From Candidatus Methanomethylophilaceae archaeon (GTDB taxonomy: Archaea > Thermoplasmatota > Thermoplasmata > Methanomassiliicoccales > Methanomethylophilaceae), in NCBI GenBank assembly GCA_944320495.1, contig CALUHR010000013.1:448001-512000 (forward strand): a stretch of 64,000 nucleotides of DNA. Reading direction: 5' to 3'. A program made the translations under genes and the position numbers. The notes beneath the pieces were generated by a model. The model did not search any database, was not told where the DNA came from, and saw only the letters and a program-made list of their open reading frames with translations. How positions within the stretch are numbered: position 1 is the first letter of the stretch; every line of letters begins with the position of its first letter. Below are positions 39,936 to 50,370 of this stretch, piece by piece.

Positions 39936-40589
39936 TCGGTCCTTCTCGAACATGTGCTTCGGGGAGGTCAGCGGACGGGTCCAGAGCGGGTCGTCCTCCA
40001 GCCTCTCCAGGTCGAGTGCCAGATTGCGGAGGCTCCCGCCGTACGACGGGTCCCCGGCAATCCTGCGGATGGTCTTCGAGTCATCGCCGGAGCGCGTCTC
40101 CAGGCCCGACATCCTCAGGGCGCCGTCCATGAGGTCCGCCGCGCGGAGGAGGAGCGTCTGCGCCTCGCGTAGCATGCCTATGCGGGTGTCCGGGTCGACC
40201 TTCGCCCTCCTGCCGATCTCGTACCGGGCGGGCTTGGTCTCCGTACCTTTGGCTATGTATCCGCATCTCCTGCAGGACCTGCTCATCTCCACGGTCCCCC
40301 CGTCGAGGGTGCGGTTGCGGACCGATGTCATCGGGTTGCCGCACACGGGGCACAGGTCGCCGACGGGGCGGTCGCTGGACGCGTAGCTGATCTCCAGGTT
40401 GATGAGCCCCCTCTCGATCCCGATGCGCCTGACGCGGTCGGCCCCGACCCTGAAGAGCGGGTCGCGGTACGCCAGGTCGGCGGCGACGGCGTCGCAGAGC
40501 TCCCTCTGGGAGCGCATGCGCGGACACCGGACGAGGCAGTCGTCGATGGACCTGGCCACCTCGTCGTCGCTGGGGATCCTGTAGGCCAT
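39936..40589 (-). CDS. hypothetical protein with a zinc ribbon
   Basis: CPVCGNPM...CRRCGY. Ends at CGA 39938-39936, leaving a 49-nt gap before the ACT gene (standard stop at 39048 overlaps most of that gene). Confidence 0.75.
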
Positions 40590-40642
40590 GCGGCCTGGAT
40601 GTGCATTCCCGTTTATATTCTCGGTGCGCATCGGTCAGACGA

Positions 40643-40725
40643 GCGGGGGTAGCCGAGTCGGACAAAGGCGCGGGACTTAAGATCCCGTCCGCAGAGGTTC
40701 AGGGGTTCGAATCCCCTTCCCCGCA
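40643..40725 (+). tRNA. tRNA-Leu(TAA)
   Basis: GCGGGGG acceptor stem, CGGGA-CTTAAGA-TCCCG anticodon arm, long variable arm, TTCGAAT T-loop. Confidence 0.93.
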
Positions 40726-40769
40726 CCTTCTCAGAAAATAGTATACGGGCGTCGTCCGATACGAACCCC

Positions 40770-41042
40770 ATGTCTGAGAAAAGCGACGAATTCAAGGTCC
40801 AGCTCCTGGAGACCTTCGCCTCCCTCATCACCGCCGCGTTCGGTCTCGTGGCCGCGCTGGCGTGGAACGAGGCGATCAAGCAGGCCGTGGCCGTGGTCTT
40901 CCAGTCATCTGACGACCTGGTCGGGCTCACCGTCTACGCGGTCATCGTGACCGTCCTGGCGGTCATCATGACCCTGCTCATCGCCCGTTCGCTGAGCAAG
41001 GCGAAGAAGGCCCTCCACCTCGCCAAGGAGGACAAGGAGTGA
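40770..41042 (+). CDS. small membrane protein, DUF5654-like
   Basis: AAFGLVAALAWNEAI motif and two TM helices. Confidence 0.75.
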   Translation: MSEKSDEFKVQLLETFASLITAAFGLVAALAWNEAIKQAVAVVFQSSDDLVGLTVYAVIVTVLAVIMTLLIARSLSKAKKALHLAKEDKE

Positions 41043-41044
41043 CC

Positions 41045-42217
41045 TCGGGTCCGGGTCCTGCGCCCGGGCCCGCGAAACATCTTTTTGAGCACTATCCCGC
41101 GGCTGGTCAGGTAGCTGAGCAGCGCGTTCCCGGTGAGCTCCTCGGTCTGGGGCCCCTTTCTGACATAGAATATCTCTATCTTCCCGTCCTTCAGGAACAC
41201 CGGCTTGGGGCAGCTCTCGCAGTGCACGTGGATGACGGCCTTCCCGTCGATGTCCACGATCCTCGAGGTTATGAACGGCAGGAACCCCGACCCTATCTGG
41301 GACGAAATCAGGTTCCCGAGGTGGAGTCCCATCTTGTCCCTGCTCCCGTCGAACGAGTCCACGTCGGCGCCTATGACCGAGCCGTCGTCGGCGACCCCCA
41401 CGAGGAGGTCCCCTCCGTCCGAGTTGAGGAAGGCCACGATGGTCTTCAACACGGCCTTCTCCATCCTCTTGTCGTTCTCGCCTGTGGCCAGGTTGGTCCT
41501 GAGGGTGGACTTGTACTCCGTCCATTCGGACTCGCCCTCCTCGATGATGCGGCGGATCGCCGCCTCCTCCGCGCCCTCCAGCCCTATGGTCTCGGAGTTC
41601 TCCTCCAGGAACGTGTTGACGATGCCGTCGAACACGCTGTCCCTGCGCTGGAACGTGTGCAGGGCGGCCACCACGAGCGCTCCGATCAGGATGTAGGTGA
41701 GGTCCTCCATGAAGACGCCCAGGCTCAGGCCGTCTCTGTAGGGCGCGATCTGCGCGATCCAGTACTGGAGCATCCTCGTGAGGGTGTACGCGGAGAGGGC
41801 GATGCAGATCGAGATGAACGACACGGTCGCACGGCTCCCGTCGCGGTCCTTCGGCAGCGTGCGCAGGACCGAGTAGACGAGGATCATCCCCAGGAGGCCC
41901 AGGTTCATCCCCGTGACCAGGTTCGTCATGATCAGCAGGGCCCCGCCGTCGGCGGCCAGGCGTCCGAAGAACGCCAGGAAGAACGCCAGGACGACCAAGA
42001 CGATGAGCTCCGGCGGGACGTGGATGGCCTTGCGGTCGGTGAACACGGCCAGCCCGAAGATGATGACCATAGGTATGCCGGTCAGGCCGGCGGTCATCTC
42101 CCCCACGGCGAAGCTGATCGCCGTGAACACGACGATTATCGCGAAGGAGATGCAGTAGAACGCATACGCGCCGCGCTTCAGCCTGTGCTGCCCGATTGGG
42201 CCACCGTGTTCGGCCAT
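41045..42217 (-). CDS. multi-TM membrane protein with a C-terminal Schlafen/AlbA_2 domain
   Basis: About 6 TM helices, then ESEWTEYKS...VAFLNSDGGDLLVGVADDG...FYVRKG. Ends at CGA 41047-41045, 2 nt from the convergent TGA (standard stop at 40934). Confidence 0.82.
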
Positions 42218-42343
42218 GTCCGTAGAACGGAGTGGCCGACTTAACGGCTTCGGGGGTCCCCAGTCTCCCCCTACGTACGTATACATACGCCGTACCTCGG
42301 ATACCGAGGACGGGTTTAAGCCACGTCCGCGCATCCACGTATC

Positions 42344-42970
42344 ATGGACAGGATCATCACAGTCACGGGTGCAGGCGTCGCGACGGCAAAGCCGGACCAG
42401 GTCAGGATAGACGGGACCATAAGCGGACACCGCACGGACTACGCCTCCGCCGTCGAGGCCTCCGCCTCGTCGGTCGCCGAGCTCAGGAAGATCATCGGGG
42501 AGGCCGGGTTCGACATGGACCTCCTCAAGACGACCGGGTTCTCGGTCTCCGCCTCGTACAAACAGGTGGAGAGGGACGGGGCCAGGGTCATGGCCTTCGA
42601 CGGGTTCAGCTACAGCCACGGGGTCAGGATAACCGTCGACGCCGGGGAGGACGGCCTCGGGAGGCTCCTGGAAGCGATGCTCGGATGCGCCAACGCGCCG
42701 GAGTTCCGCGTCTCCTACACGGTCAGCGATCCCACGGAGCCCATGGCCCGCGCCAGGGCGGAGGCCGTGAGGGACGCCAGGCACAGGGCCAAGGACCTGG
42801 CCGAGGCCGCCGGTGTCAGGCTCGGGTCGCTGGTGTCGATATCCTACGTCTCCAGCCCGTGCAACGTCGCCACCCCCAGGATGAGGGCGATGTCGATGGA
42901 CATGGGGAGCATCGTCCCCGAGGACGCGGAGTTCCACGACTCGGTCACGATGGAGTGGGAGATCCTCTGA
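42344..42970 (+). CDS. SIMPL (DUF541) domain protein
   Basis: ITVTGAGVATAKPD, ARAEAVRDARHRAKDLAEAAGVRLG and SVTMEWEI motifs. Confidence 0.88.
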   Translation: MDRIITVTGAGVATAKPDQVRIDGTISGHRTDYASAVEASASSVAELRKIIGEAGFDMDLLKTTGFSVSASYKQVERDGARVMAFDGFSYSHGVRITVDAGEDGLGRLLEAMLGCANAPEFRVSYTVSDPTEPMARARAEAVRDARHRAKDLAEAAGVRLGSLVSISYVSSPCNVATPRMRAMSMDMGSIVPEDAEFHDSVTMEWEIL

Positions 42971-43022
42971 CGTCAGTCCCGGAAACGCTTCAATCATAAG
43001 GGGGGACTCCATCCCCCATGCC

Positions 43023-44171
43023 ATGAAGGACCTCCTCGCCGGGATAGGGGCCAGGGAGCCCCGCGCGAAGATCGCGCTGATAGTTCTGATCATAGCGGTG
43101 GCATCCACGGCGGGGGTCCTGACATACTCCGTCCTCTCGTCGGACCATCCGGAGCTGGAGCTTGTCAGAGGGGACCTCACCGTGAAGGGGTCCATCGCAC
43201 AGGAGGGCGTCGAGGCCGACGAGTACGCCGGCGTGGCCACGCTCACTTACGAGCTGTCCGGTTCGGATATAGAGTGGCGCGTACTGGACCTGGACGACAC
43301 GGCCTTCGTCCGCGACATCGGAGGCGGGTACTCGGAGCGCGGGTACACGACGGCATCCAACGGCCGCACGCTGACCATCGACGAGCCCGGCCGCTACTCC
43401 GTCAGGCTCTATGTGGATGGGGACCTCGACCGCAGCGGCACCGCCGTTCTCGACGGACCGGTCGACAGGACGTTCTCATGGAAGCAGACGCTCGCCTCCG
43501 GGTCATCCCACAGCTACTCCGTGTCCGTCCGCTACATGTACTCCGACTACCTGGGCTATTGCCAGGACGATGTCGTCCGCCATCAGAACGAGGACTCGGA
43601 TGCCAGGTTCGTCGTGATCGACGACACCATCAGGATGCTGGAGTCCGCCCTGGAGGCCGAGTACAGGGAGGTGCGCGGGAGCGCTGCCGTCATCGGCGGC
43701 CAGGACTACGCGGACTACTTGCTGTCCTTCGTCCAGTGCTGCATCTCGTACCCCGATCCGATATCGTCCGCGGACGGCGGATACGTCCTCGACACGGAGG
43801 AGGGCAGCGGGGACATGTTCCTCCACGGCGAGTGGGAACGCTGGTCGTATCCACTGGAGACGATCCACACGGGCTACGGGGACTGCGAGGACACCGCGTT
43901 CCTCGCCGCATCCCTGTTCTCCGCCGCCGGATACGGCGCGGCCATAGCAACGATCCCCAACCACATGGTGACGGCTGTGGTGCTCGCGGACTTCACCCCG
44001 CATTCCGCGGTCACAGGCCTGGAGCTGGCCGAGAAGAGGGTCACATCCACAGGGGAGAACCTGTTCTTCTGCGAGACGACGACGGATCTGGCCGTCCCGT
44101 GCGGATACGTCACGAAGGAGGTCCTGGACGGCATCGATGCCCTGGACAGCGTCACGATGGTGGTGCCGTGA
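43023..44171 (+). CDS. membrane-anchored transglutaminase-like (papain-fold) protein
   Basis: N-terminal TM helix; FVQCCISY, GDCEDTA, NHM and CETT give a Cys-His-Glu-type triad. Confidence 0.75.
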   Translation: MKDLLAGIGAREPRAKIALIVLIIAVASTAGVLTYSVLSSDHPELELVRGDLTVKGSIAQEGVEADEYAGVATLTYELSGSDIEWRVLDLDDTAFVRDIGGGYSERGYTTASNGRTLTIDEPGRYSVRLYVDGDLDRSGTAVLDGPVDRTFSWKQTLASGSSHSYSVSVRYMYSDYLGYCQDDVVRHQNEDSDARFVVIDDTIRMLESALEAEYREVRGSAAVIGGQDYADYLLSFVQCCISYPDPISSADGGYVLDTEEGSGDMFLHGEWERWSYPLETIHTGYGDCEDTAFLAASLFSAAGYGAAIATIPNHMVTAVVLADFTPHSAVTGLELAEKRVTSTGENLFFCETTTDLAVPCGYVTKEVLDGIDALDSVTMVVP

Positions 44172-44182
44172 GCCTCCGTGCG

Positions 44183-45334
44183 ATGGGGCTCCTGGCCCTC
44201 ATCGCGGCGATCGCCGTGGCGACCGTCGCGATCCTCAGCCTCGGGGGAGGCCAGACCGCCGACGAGCATCCGTCGTACGATTATCCGGACGGGGTCGCGG
44301 TCGACGGGGAGGCCGGGACGGTCTCCATGGAGGGCGCGGGCACCTGGTACGTCCTGGACCTGACCGCACCCTACGGCACCGCTACCGACGGGGGCCTGGA
44401 GGTCGCCGGATGGGAGACGATGCATGGGGACACGATACACCTGGACCCGGGGATCTACACGCTCAGGACCGGGGACCTCGAGTTCGACGCCGTGATGGAC
44501 GGCGAGATCCGCAGGGAGGCCTCCTGGCAGTACGACCTCGACGGGGCAGTCCTCACGGTCACGGTGGCCTACGGAATCGACCCCCACGACCTCTACGCGG
44601 AGTACCTTGTAGCCGAGGCCTATAACGAGGGGAGCTCCGCGGGCGGAGAGGACACCCGCCGCTTCTCGGACCTGCCTGGTCTCGCGATGGGGTCGGACAC
44701 CGTCGATTCGCTGGTGGGTTCCCTGGTATCCGAGTTCTCCAGGATAGGAGGCGATGCCGGCGACCGTCAGGCCCTGGCCGACTTCCTGGCCTCGTTCCCG
44801 CAGCTCGCGATAGAGTATCCCGACCGTGTGTACGAGGACGGTTCGATGGCTGGAGAGGACATGGAGATCTATGGCGCCGACGAGTACTGGGCGGCACCGC
44901 TCCAGACGCTGGCCATGATGAAGGGCGACTGCGAGGACACCGCCGTCCTCCTGGCCGCGATGTACGCCTCCGCAGGATACGACGCGGCGGTAGGAGGGAC
45001 GAACGGGCACGTGTTCGCAGGGGTCGCGATCCCGGGTTTCGAGGAGGTCCCCGCCGATCGTCTGGACGATCTCGGATACGGGTACTTCCGCCTGGCCGCG
45101 TCCGTGCCGGTGGAGGGCACCTGCGAGGGCGGGACAGCGTCCACGGTGTTCTACGCGGCGGAGACGACGAGGGACCAGGTGCCGGTGGGCTACATGTCCG
45201 GCGGCTCCTCCCAGTTCGGACGCGGGACCCAGTGGGGCACCGCGGGCTTCTATCCTCTGGATGCGGCGGCTGGGCTTTCGTCCTCTCAGATGTCCGGGTC
45301 CGGCGCCGAGTCGGGGATCCACGGCTCGTCGTGA
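44183..45334 (+). CDS. second transglutaminase-like protein (tandem paralog)
   Basis: Signal/TM helix; FPQLAIEY, GDCEDTA, GHV and AETT motifs. A GTG start at 44168 is possible. Confidence 0.75.
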   Translation: MGLLALIAAIAVATVAILSLGGGQTADEHPSYDYPDGVAVDGEAGTVSMEGAGTWYVLDLTAPYGTATDGGLEVAGWETMHGDTIHLDPGIYTLRTGDLEFDAVMDGEIRREASWQYDLDGAVLTVTVAYGIDPHDLYAEYLVAEAYNEGSSAGGEDTRRFSDLPGLAMGSDTVDSLVGSLVSEFSRIGGDAGDRQALADFLASFPQLAIEYPDRVYEDGSMAGEDMEIYGADEYWAAPLQTLAMMKGDCEDTAVLLAAMYASAGYDAAVGGTNGHVFAGVAIPGFEEVPADRLDDLGYGYFRLAASVPVEGTCEGGTASTVFYAAETTRDQVPVGYMSGGSSQFGRGTQWGTAGFYPLDAAAGLSSSQMSGSGAESGIHGSS

Positions 45335-46131
45335 GCCTCGGCGTCCCCCACCGCGATCTCGTCGCCGACATCGATCGTCATGAGGTCCCTGGCCGCGATC
45401 GTCCTGATCCCGGTGGCCCTCTCGGCCATGCGGGCCTGGTCGTCCGCCCCCTTCCTGAGGATGACGATCCCCAGGTGGACGAACACCGCGAGCTCCGGCC
45501 TGACGCGGTCTATGAACGTTATCGCGTCGTCGGTGCAGAGGTGGAAGTGGATGCGGTTCCCCATAGGGGTCGTGACCGGCAGGAGCAGCACCCTGCTTCC
45601 GACGTACTGGTCGGCTATCTCGTCGGAGTACGCCGTATCGCTGACGTAGGAGAGTATCCCGTGCCCGGTGTCGAACCTGAACCCGACGTTGGTGGGGTCG
45701 CTGTGGTCCGCCCGGCAGACCTCGGTCCGCAAGCCGTCGATGTCGAGGACGTCCCCGGGATGGAACACGGACACGTGCTCCGGCCTGCTCAGGTGGTAGG
45801 CGGAAACCGCCGGTCCCAGCCCGTCCTTCCCGTCGATCACGGTCTCCGAGCCGTACAGGGACCCGCGCCTCTCCCATCCTCCGCGGGTCATGCCCTCGAT
45901 GACGCTCTCCGCGTCGGAATAATGGTCGGGGTGGCAGTGCGAGATGACGACCGACTCGGTGCGGGTCAGGTCGTACCTGATCCTCTGCATGTTGGTCAGG
46001 GCCCCCGGTCCGGGGTCTATGTGCAGAAAGCGGCCGTCGTGCTCCACCAGGAACCCGCCGGTGCTGCGGGTCTGGTACATGGTGGTGTGACGCCCACCGC
46101 CGGTCCCCAGGAAGGTCATGCGGAAGCCCAT
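45286..46131 (-). CDS. MBL-fold metallo-hydrolase
   Basis: TFLGTGGG, IDPGPG, SHCHPDH and YVSDT motifs. Confidence 0.9.
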   Translation of the reverse strand: MGFRMTFLGTGGGRHTTMYQTRSTGGFLVEHDGRFLHIDPGPGALTNMQRIRYDLTRTESVVISHCHPDHYSDAESVIEGMTRGGWERRGSLYGSETVIDGKDGLGPAVSAYHLSRPEHVSVFHPGDVLDIDGLRTEVCRADHSDPTNVGFRFDTGHGILSYVSDTAYSDEIADQYVGSRVLLLPVTTPMGNRIHFHLCTDDAITFIDRVRPELAVFVHLGIVILRKGADDQARMAERATGIRTIAARDLMTIDVGDEIAVGDAEAHDEPWIPDSAPDPDI

Positions 46132-46253
46132 GCTTGCGGGAAGCACTTCGTCTTATTTCGTATTGGCGAACGACCCCTCCCCAGGAGACCTGGATGCATA
46201 TGCCGACCTTCCGAACGAAACCTATTCACGATGCGTCCTGCATCCGCCCCCTC

Positions 46254-47543
46254 ATGATCACAGCCATCCGCAACGCCTGGATCGTCACCCAGGACGCCCA
46301 GCGCAGGGTCCTGAAGGGGGACGTCGTCATAGACGGCGAGAGGATCGTCTCCGTGGGCCCGGCGTACGACGGCACCGCAGACAGGGAGATCGACGCCACC
46401 GGCGACATCGTGATGCCGGGGATGATCAACACCCACACCCACATCTCGATGTCCGTCATGAAGGGGGTCGTGGACGACCTGGCATTCCCGGACTTCCTGG
46501 ACAGGACGTTCAAGATCGACTCCGACCGCACCGACGACGACCTCGAGGTCGGCACCAAGCTCGGATGCATGGAGATGATGCGCGGTGGCACGACCACGTT
46601 CATGGACCTCTACTACTCGGAGGACGTCATCGCGAAGGCCACGCAGGAAGCGGGCATCCGCGGAGTGCTCTGCTGGTGCGTCCTCGACGAGGACAAGACC
46701 ACCCAGAAGGGCAACCCCCTGGACAACTGCCGCAGGTTCATCGAGACCCACAGGGGCAGGAGGAAGATCGTCCCCGGCGTGGGGCTCCAGGGCGTGTACG
46801 TTTGCGATGAGGACACCTGCGTCGGCGCGAAGGCCCTCTCGGACGAGATGCAGGCGCCCATGAACTTCCACCTGTCGGAGACGCAGGGCGAGGTCAACGA
46901 GCACAAGCGCAAGACCGGCCAGCGTCCCGCCGAGTGGCTGTCGGGCATCGGGGTCCTCGGACCCAGAGGCGTCGCGGCGCATTCCGCCTACCTCACCATG
47001 AGGGAGGTCAGGCTCATGGGCGAGGCAGGGATGTCCATATCCAGCTGTCCCGCGTCCAACATGAAGCTCGCCACCTCCGGCCTCGCCCCCGTCCCGCAGT
47101 TCCAGCAGAGCGGGGTCAACGTGACCATCGGCACCGATGGGAGCACCACAAACAACACCCTCGACATGTTCGCCGAGATGAGGCTCCTGGGGCTCCTGCA
47201 GAAGTTCGGCAACTGGGACGCGACCGTCGCCCCCGCCCAGGATCTCCTGGACTTCGCCACCATCAACGGCGCGAAGGCGGTCGGCATGGCCGACTCCATC
47301 GGATCCATCGAGCCCGGCAAGTACGCCGACCTTGTGATCCTGGACGGGAAGGCCCCCAACCTGAGGCCGCTGCTCCCCGAGAACATCATCGCCAACATAG
47401 TCTACTCCGGCAACAGCCTGAACGTGAAGACCGTGATGTGCCAGGGCGACGTCGTCGTCGAGGACGGACGCATCACCACCCTGGACACCGAGGACGTCCT
47501 GGCCAGGTCCGAGGACGCCTGGCGCTACCTCTGCCTGAGATGA
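46254..47543 (+). CDS. amidohydrolase, MTA/SAH/5'-deoxyadenosine deaminase family
   Basis: PGMINTHTH, FHLSET, AAHS, SCPASNMKLA, GTDG and GSIEPGKYAD motifs. An upstream in-frame CGA near 46211 favours the ATG at 46254. Confidence 0.9.
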   Translation: MITAIRNAWIVTQDAQRRVLKGDVVIDGERIVSVGPAYDGTADREIDATGDIVMPGMINTHTHISMSVMKGVVDDLAFPDFLDRTFKIDSDRTDDDLEVGTKLGCMEMMRGGTTTFMDLYYSEDVIAKATQEAGIRGVLCWCVLDEDKTTQKGNPLDNCRRFIETHRGRRKIVPGVGLQGVYVCDEDTCVGAKALSDEMQAPMNFHLSETQGEVNEHKRKTGQRPAEWLSGIGVLGPRGVAAHSAYLTMREVRLMGEAGMSISSCPASNMKLATSGLAPVPQFQQSGVNVTIGTDGSTTNNTLDMFAEMRLLGLLQKFGNWDATVAPAQDLLDFATINGAKAVGMADSIGSIEPGKYADLVILDGKAPNLRPLLPENIIANIVYSGNSLNVKTVMCQGDVVVEDGRITTLDTEDVLARSEDAWRYLCLR

Positions 47544-48364
47544 GAGCGGAGTTCGAGGTGCCGGACATACCGGCGATCAGGTCCGAGGGCCTGACGCCGG
47601 TGGACATGCACTACCACACCAGCTGCTCGGACTCGGACACGGACCCCGTCGCCGCCCTCCGCCTGGCCGAGCGCATGGGCGTGGGGTTCGCGGTCACCGA
47701 CCACAACCTGATCCAGTCGGTGCTGAGGCTGAAGGAGGTACGCTCCTCCGTCCCCGTCGTCCCGGGGATGGAGGTCAGCACCACCGACGGCCCGCACATA
47801 CTGGTCTACTTCCCCACCTCCAGGTCCCTGGAGAGGTTCTGGTACACGCGCATCCGCCCCCGCATCCAGGAGAACCCGTGGCTGGCCCTCAGGGACTGCA
47901 CCACCGAGAGGCTCCTGGACATGTGCGAGATGGAGGACTGCGTCGTCTCCGCCGCCCACCCCTCGGGATACTTCAACACCAACAAGGGCGTCGAGATCTG
48001 CATCCGCAAGGGCATCCTCATGCCGTCGGTGGCAAGGCGTCTCGACGCATACGAGGTGATCTCCGGGGGAATGACCCGCGAGTCCAACGAGAACTCCATA
48101 GCCGCCGCCAAGGAGTACGGGCTGGGGTTCACAGGGGGCACCGACTCCCACGTCCTCAACGGCCTCGGAGGCGTCGTCACCGTGTGCCAGTCGTCCACCG
48201 TGGAGGGGATCCTGGAGGACGTGAGGCACCATCGGGTGGACGTGATCGGACAGGAGAAGAACATCCGCGAGAAGGTCGTCACCGGCTCCGCCTCCGCCAT
48301 GAAGTTCGCCCTCCACGTGCCCTCGACCGTATCGGTGAAGGCTCGCGGGATGGTCCGGAGACGA
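47540..48364 (+). CDS. PHP-domain phosphoesterase
   Basis: DMHYHTSCSD, VTDHN, GMEV, AHP and GGTDSH motifs. Ends at CGA 48362-48364, abutting the convergent TGA (standard stop at 49870). Confidence 0.85.
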
Positions 48365-50170
48365 TCACTGGTCGTCTTCCTGCTCCTGCTCCGCCATCTC
48401 GGCCCTTGTCTGGCGGCGCTTCCTCACGTAAAGGACGAGTATCGCCAGCGCGGCCACCGCTATGATCGCCGCATAGTACCACAGCTCCACCTCGACGGCG
48501 TTGGGGACGATCAGGATTATCAGGAAGTCGATCAGCACGATCAGGAGGTACGTGTTGATGTCCAGGAAGTTCAGGAACCTCTCGTATATGGCGACGGGGT
48601 TCGAGTCGCGCCCCTCCCTGTTGGCGATGCGCTTGGCCCCGCCGATGATGATCTCGTCCAGGAACTTCACGTTGTTGATCATGTAGTACGTGGGGATCGT
48701 CAGGAACAGGAAGTTCATGCCGAGGATCATCAGGACCCATCCGGTCTGATTCCATCCGAAGGACTCCAGCAGCCATTCGCTCAGCGGAGGCGTGAGGAAG
48801 TAGAAGGCGATCTCTATCGCCGCGATGACCAGGATGTTGATGTACGCATGGGTCATGCTGCGGTAGACGGCCTTCTGGGACTTCTTCGAGGACGCGGAGA
48901 GGCGGTCGTAGGTCCTGGACCTGGCGTCGTTGAGCGAGCAGCATGCCGCGTAGATGGGGCGGGGGCACTTGGACACGACCCCGTCCCAGATGCTCCCCGC
49001 ATAGCGCGACACGATCGGGAGGGTTATCATCGAGAGCAGGGCCGCGCCGATGACCGAGGTGTAGAACCCGTCGTCTATGACCCCGTCAGCCAGCGCCTCG
49101 GCGGCGATGATGAACGCGAACTCCCCCATGGCGCAGAGGTTGATCGCCGAAAGGAACCCGTTCCTGCAGGTCTCGTTCCCGATCCAGTACGCCAGGAACC
49201 CGTTGCAGGTCATCAGGACGAAGTAGATGACGAAGAAGATCAGGATGGTGCCGATGTTGTCCACCAGGATGGACGCTGGATAGACCTCCGCACCTATGCT
49301 GATGAAGAACACGGCCATGAACAGGTCCCTCATGGGGCCGATCTTGCTGTTCACGTCCTTGGCCTTCCTGCTGCTGGCCACCATCATGCCCATCAGGAAC
49401 GCTCCGATGGCCATGGACAGGCCGGCGTATGTGGCCAGCAGGGCCATGAGGAACGCCAGTCCGACGGATGCGACCGTGAGGATCTCGTCGGACACGTTGT
49501 CGGAGATCCAGTTGATGATCCTCGGCACGACCCTCAGGCCCACGACGATGCTGATGACCATGAACACGAGGATCTTGACGATCAGGACGATGATCTCGTT
49601 GATGTCCATCCCGCCCATCTCCCCGGCGGAGTAGTTCGCCATCAGCGGCGTGATCATGGAAAGGATGATGACCTGGCCGATGTCCTCCATGATGGCGACG
49701 AGGATGAGCATGTCCACGTGGTCGCGGTCGAGCTTGTTCTGCGTCTTCAGCACGGCGAGCAGCACGGCGGACGAGGATCCGGAGATTATGGCGCCCAGCA
49801 CGAGGGACTGGGTCATGTCGTAGCCGAGGAGCGTCCCGGCCACGAATCCCCCTGTGAGCATGAGGGGTAGCAGGATGACCACCACGAGGATGGCGAAGGA
49901 CCCCTGCTTGCGGATCTTCTTGATGTTGATCTCCAGCCCTATGCAGAACATCAGCAGGACCAGTCCGAAGTCCTTCAGGAAGGAGATGATCTCCTCTTCG
50001 GCGAGGATCGTCCCCTTGTCCTGGAAGAGGAACATGACGTTGACCAGGACGATGCCCGCGATGATGTATCCGATGAGCGGGGGCAGCTTGAACTTGTTGA
50101 AGACGATGGAACAGACCGCGGCGAGCAGCGAGAACAGCGCCAGCGCCGTCAGCATCACCGTCTCTTCCAT
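48365..50170 (-). CDS. cation:proton antiporter (CPA2/KefB-like)
   Basis: PPLIGYIIAG, LLMFCIGLE, SSSAV, MEDIG and GEFAFII motifs. Confidence 0.9.
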   Translation of the reverse strand: MEETVMLTALALFSLLAAVCSIVFNKFKLPPLIGYIIAGIVLVNVMFLFQDKGTILAEEEIISFLKDFGLVLLMFCIGLEINIKKIRKQGSFAILVVVILLPLMLTGGFVAGTLLGYDMTQSLVLGAIISGSSSAVLLAVLKTQNKLDRDHVDMLILVAIMEDIGQVIILSMITPLMANYSAGEMGGMDINEIIVLIVKILVFMVISIVVGLRVVPRIINWISDNVSDEILTVASVGLAFLMALLATYAGLSMAIGAFLMGMMVASSRKAKDVNSKIGPMRDLFMAVFFISIGAEVYPASILVDNIGTILIFFVIYFVLMTCNGFLAYWIGNETCRNGFLSAINLCAMGEFAFIIAAEALADGVIDDGFYTSVIGAALLSMITLPIVSRYAGSIWDGVVSKCPRPIYAACCSLNDARSRTYDRLSASSKKSQKAVYRSMTHAYINILVIAAIEIAFYFLTPPLSEWLLESFGWNQTGWVLMILGMNFLFLTIPTYYMINNVKFLDEIIIGGAKRIANREGRDSNPVAIYERFLNFLDINTYLLIVLIDFLIILIVPNAVEVELWYYAAIIAVAALAILVLYVRKRRQTRAEMAEQEQEDDQ

Positions 50171-50274
50171 CTTCCCTCCGTGGCCGGTGATTTGGCGGTT
50201 ATTTATATAATGTTTCGAGCCCCGGGTCTCCGTCGCAAGAGGGTTTATTAATGCGATTCCGATGGCCTTCCGAC

Positions 50275-50350
50275 GCTCCGGTAGTGTAGCGGCCAATCAT
50301 TCGGCCCTTTCGAGGCCGACACACGGGTTCGAATCCCGTCCGGAGCACCA
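50275..50350 (+). tRNA. tRNA-Glu(TTC)
   Basis: GCTCCGG acceptor stem, CGGCC-CTTTCGA-GGCCG anticodon arm, TTCGAAT T-loop, encoded CCA. Confidence 0.95.
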
Positions 50351-50370
50351 TTTCCTCAATCACGACCGCA

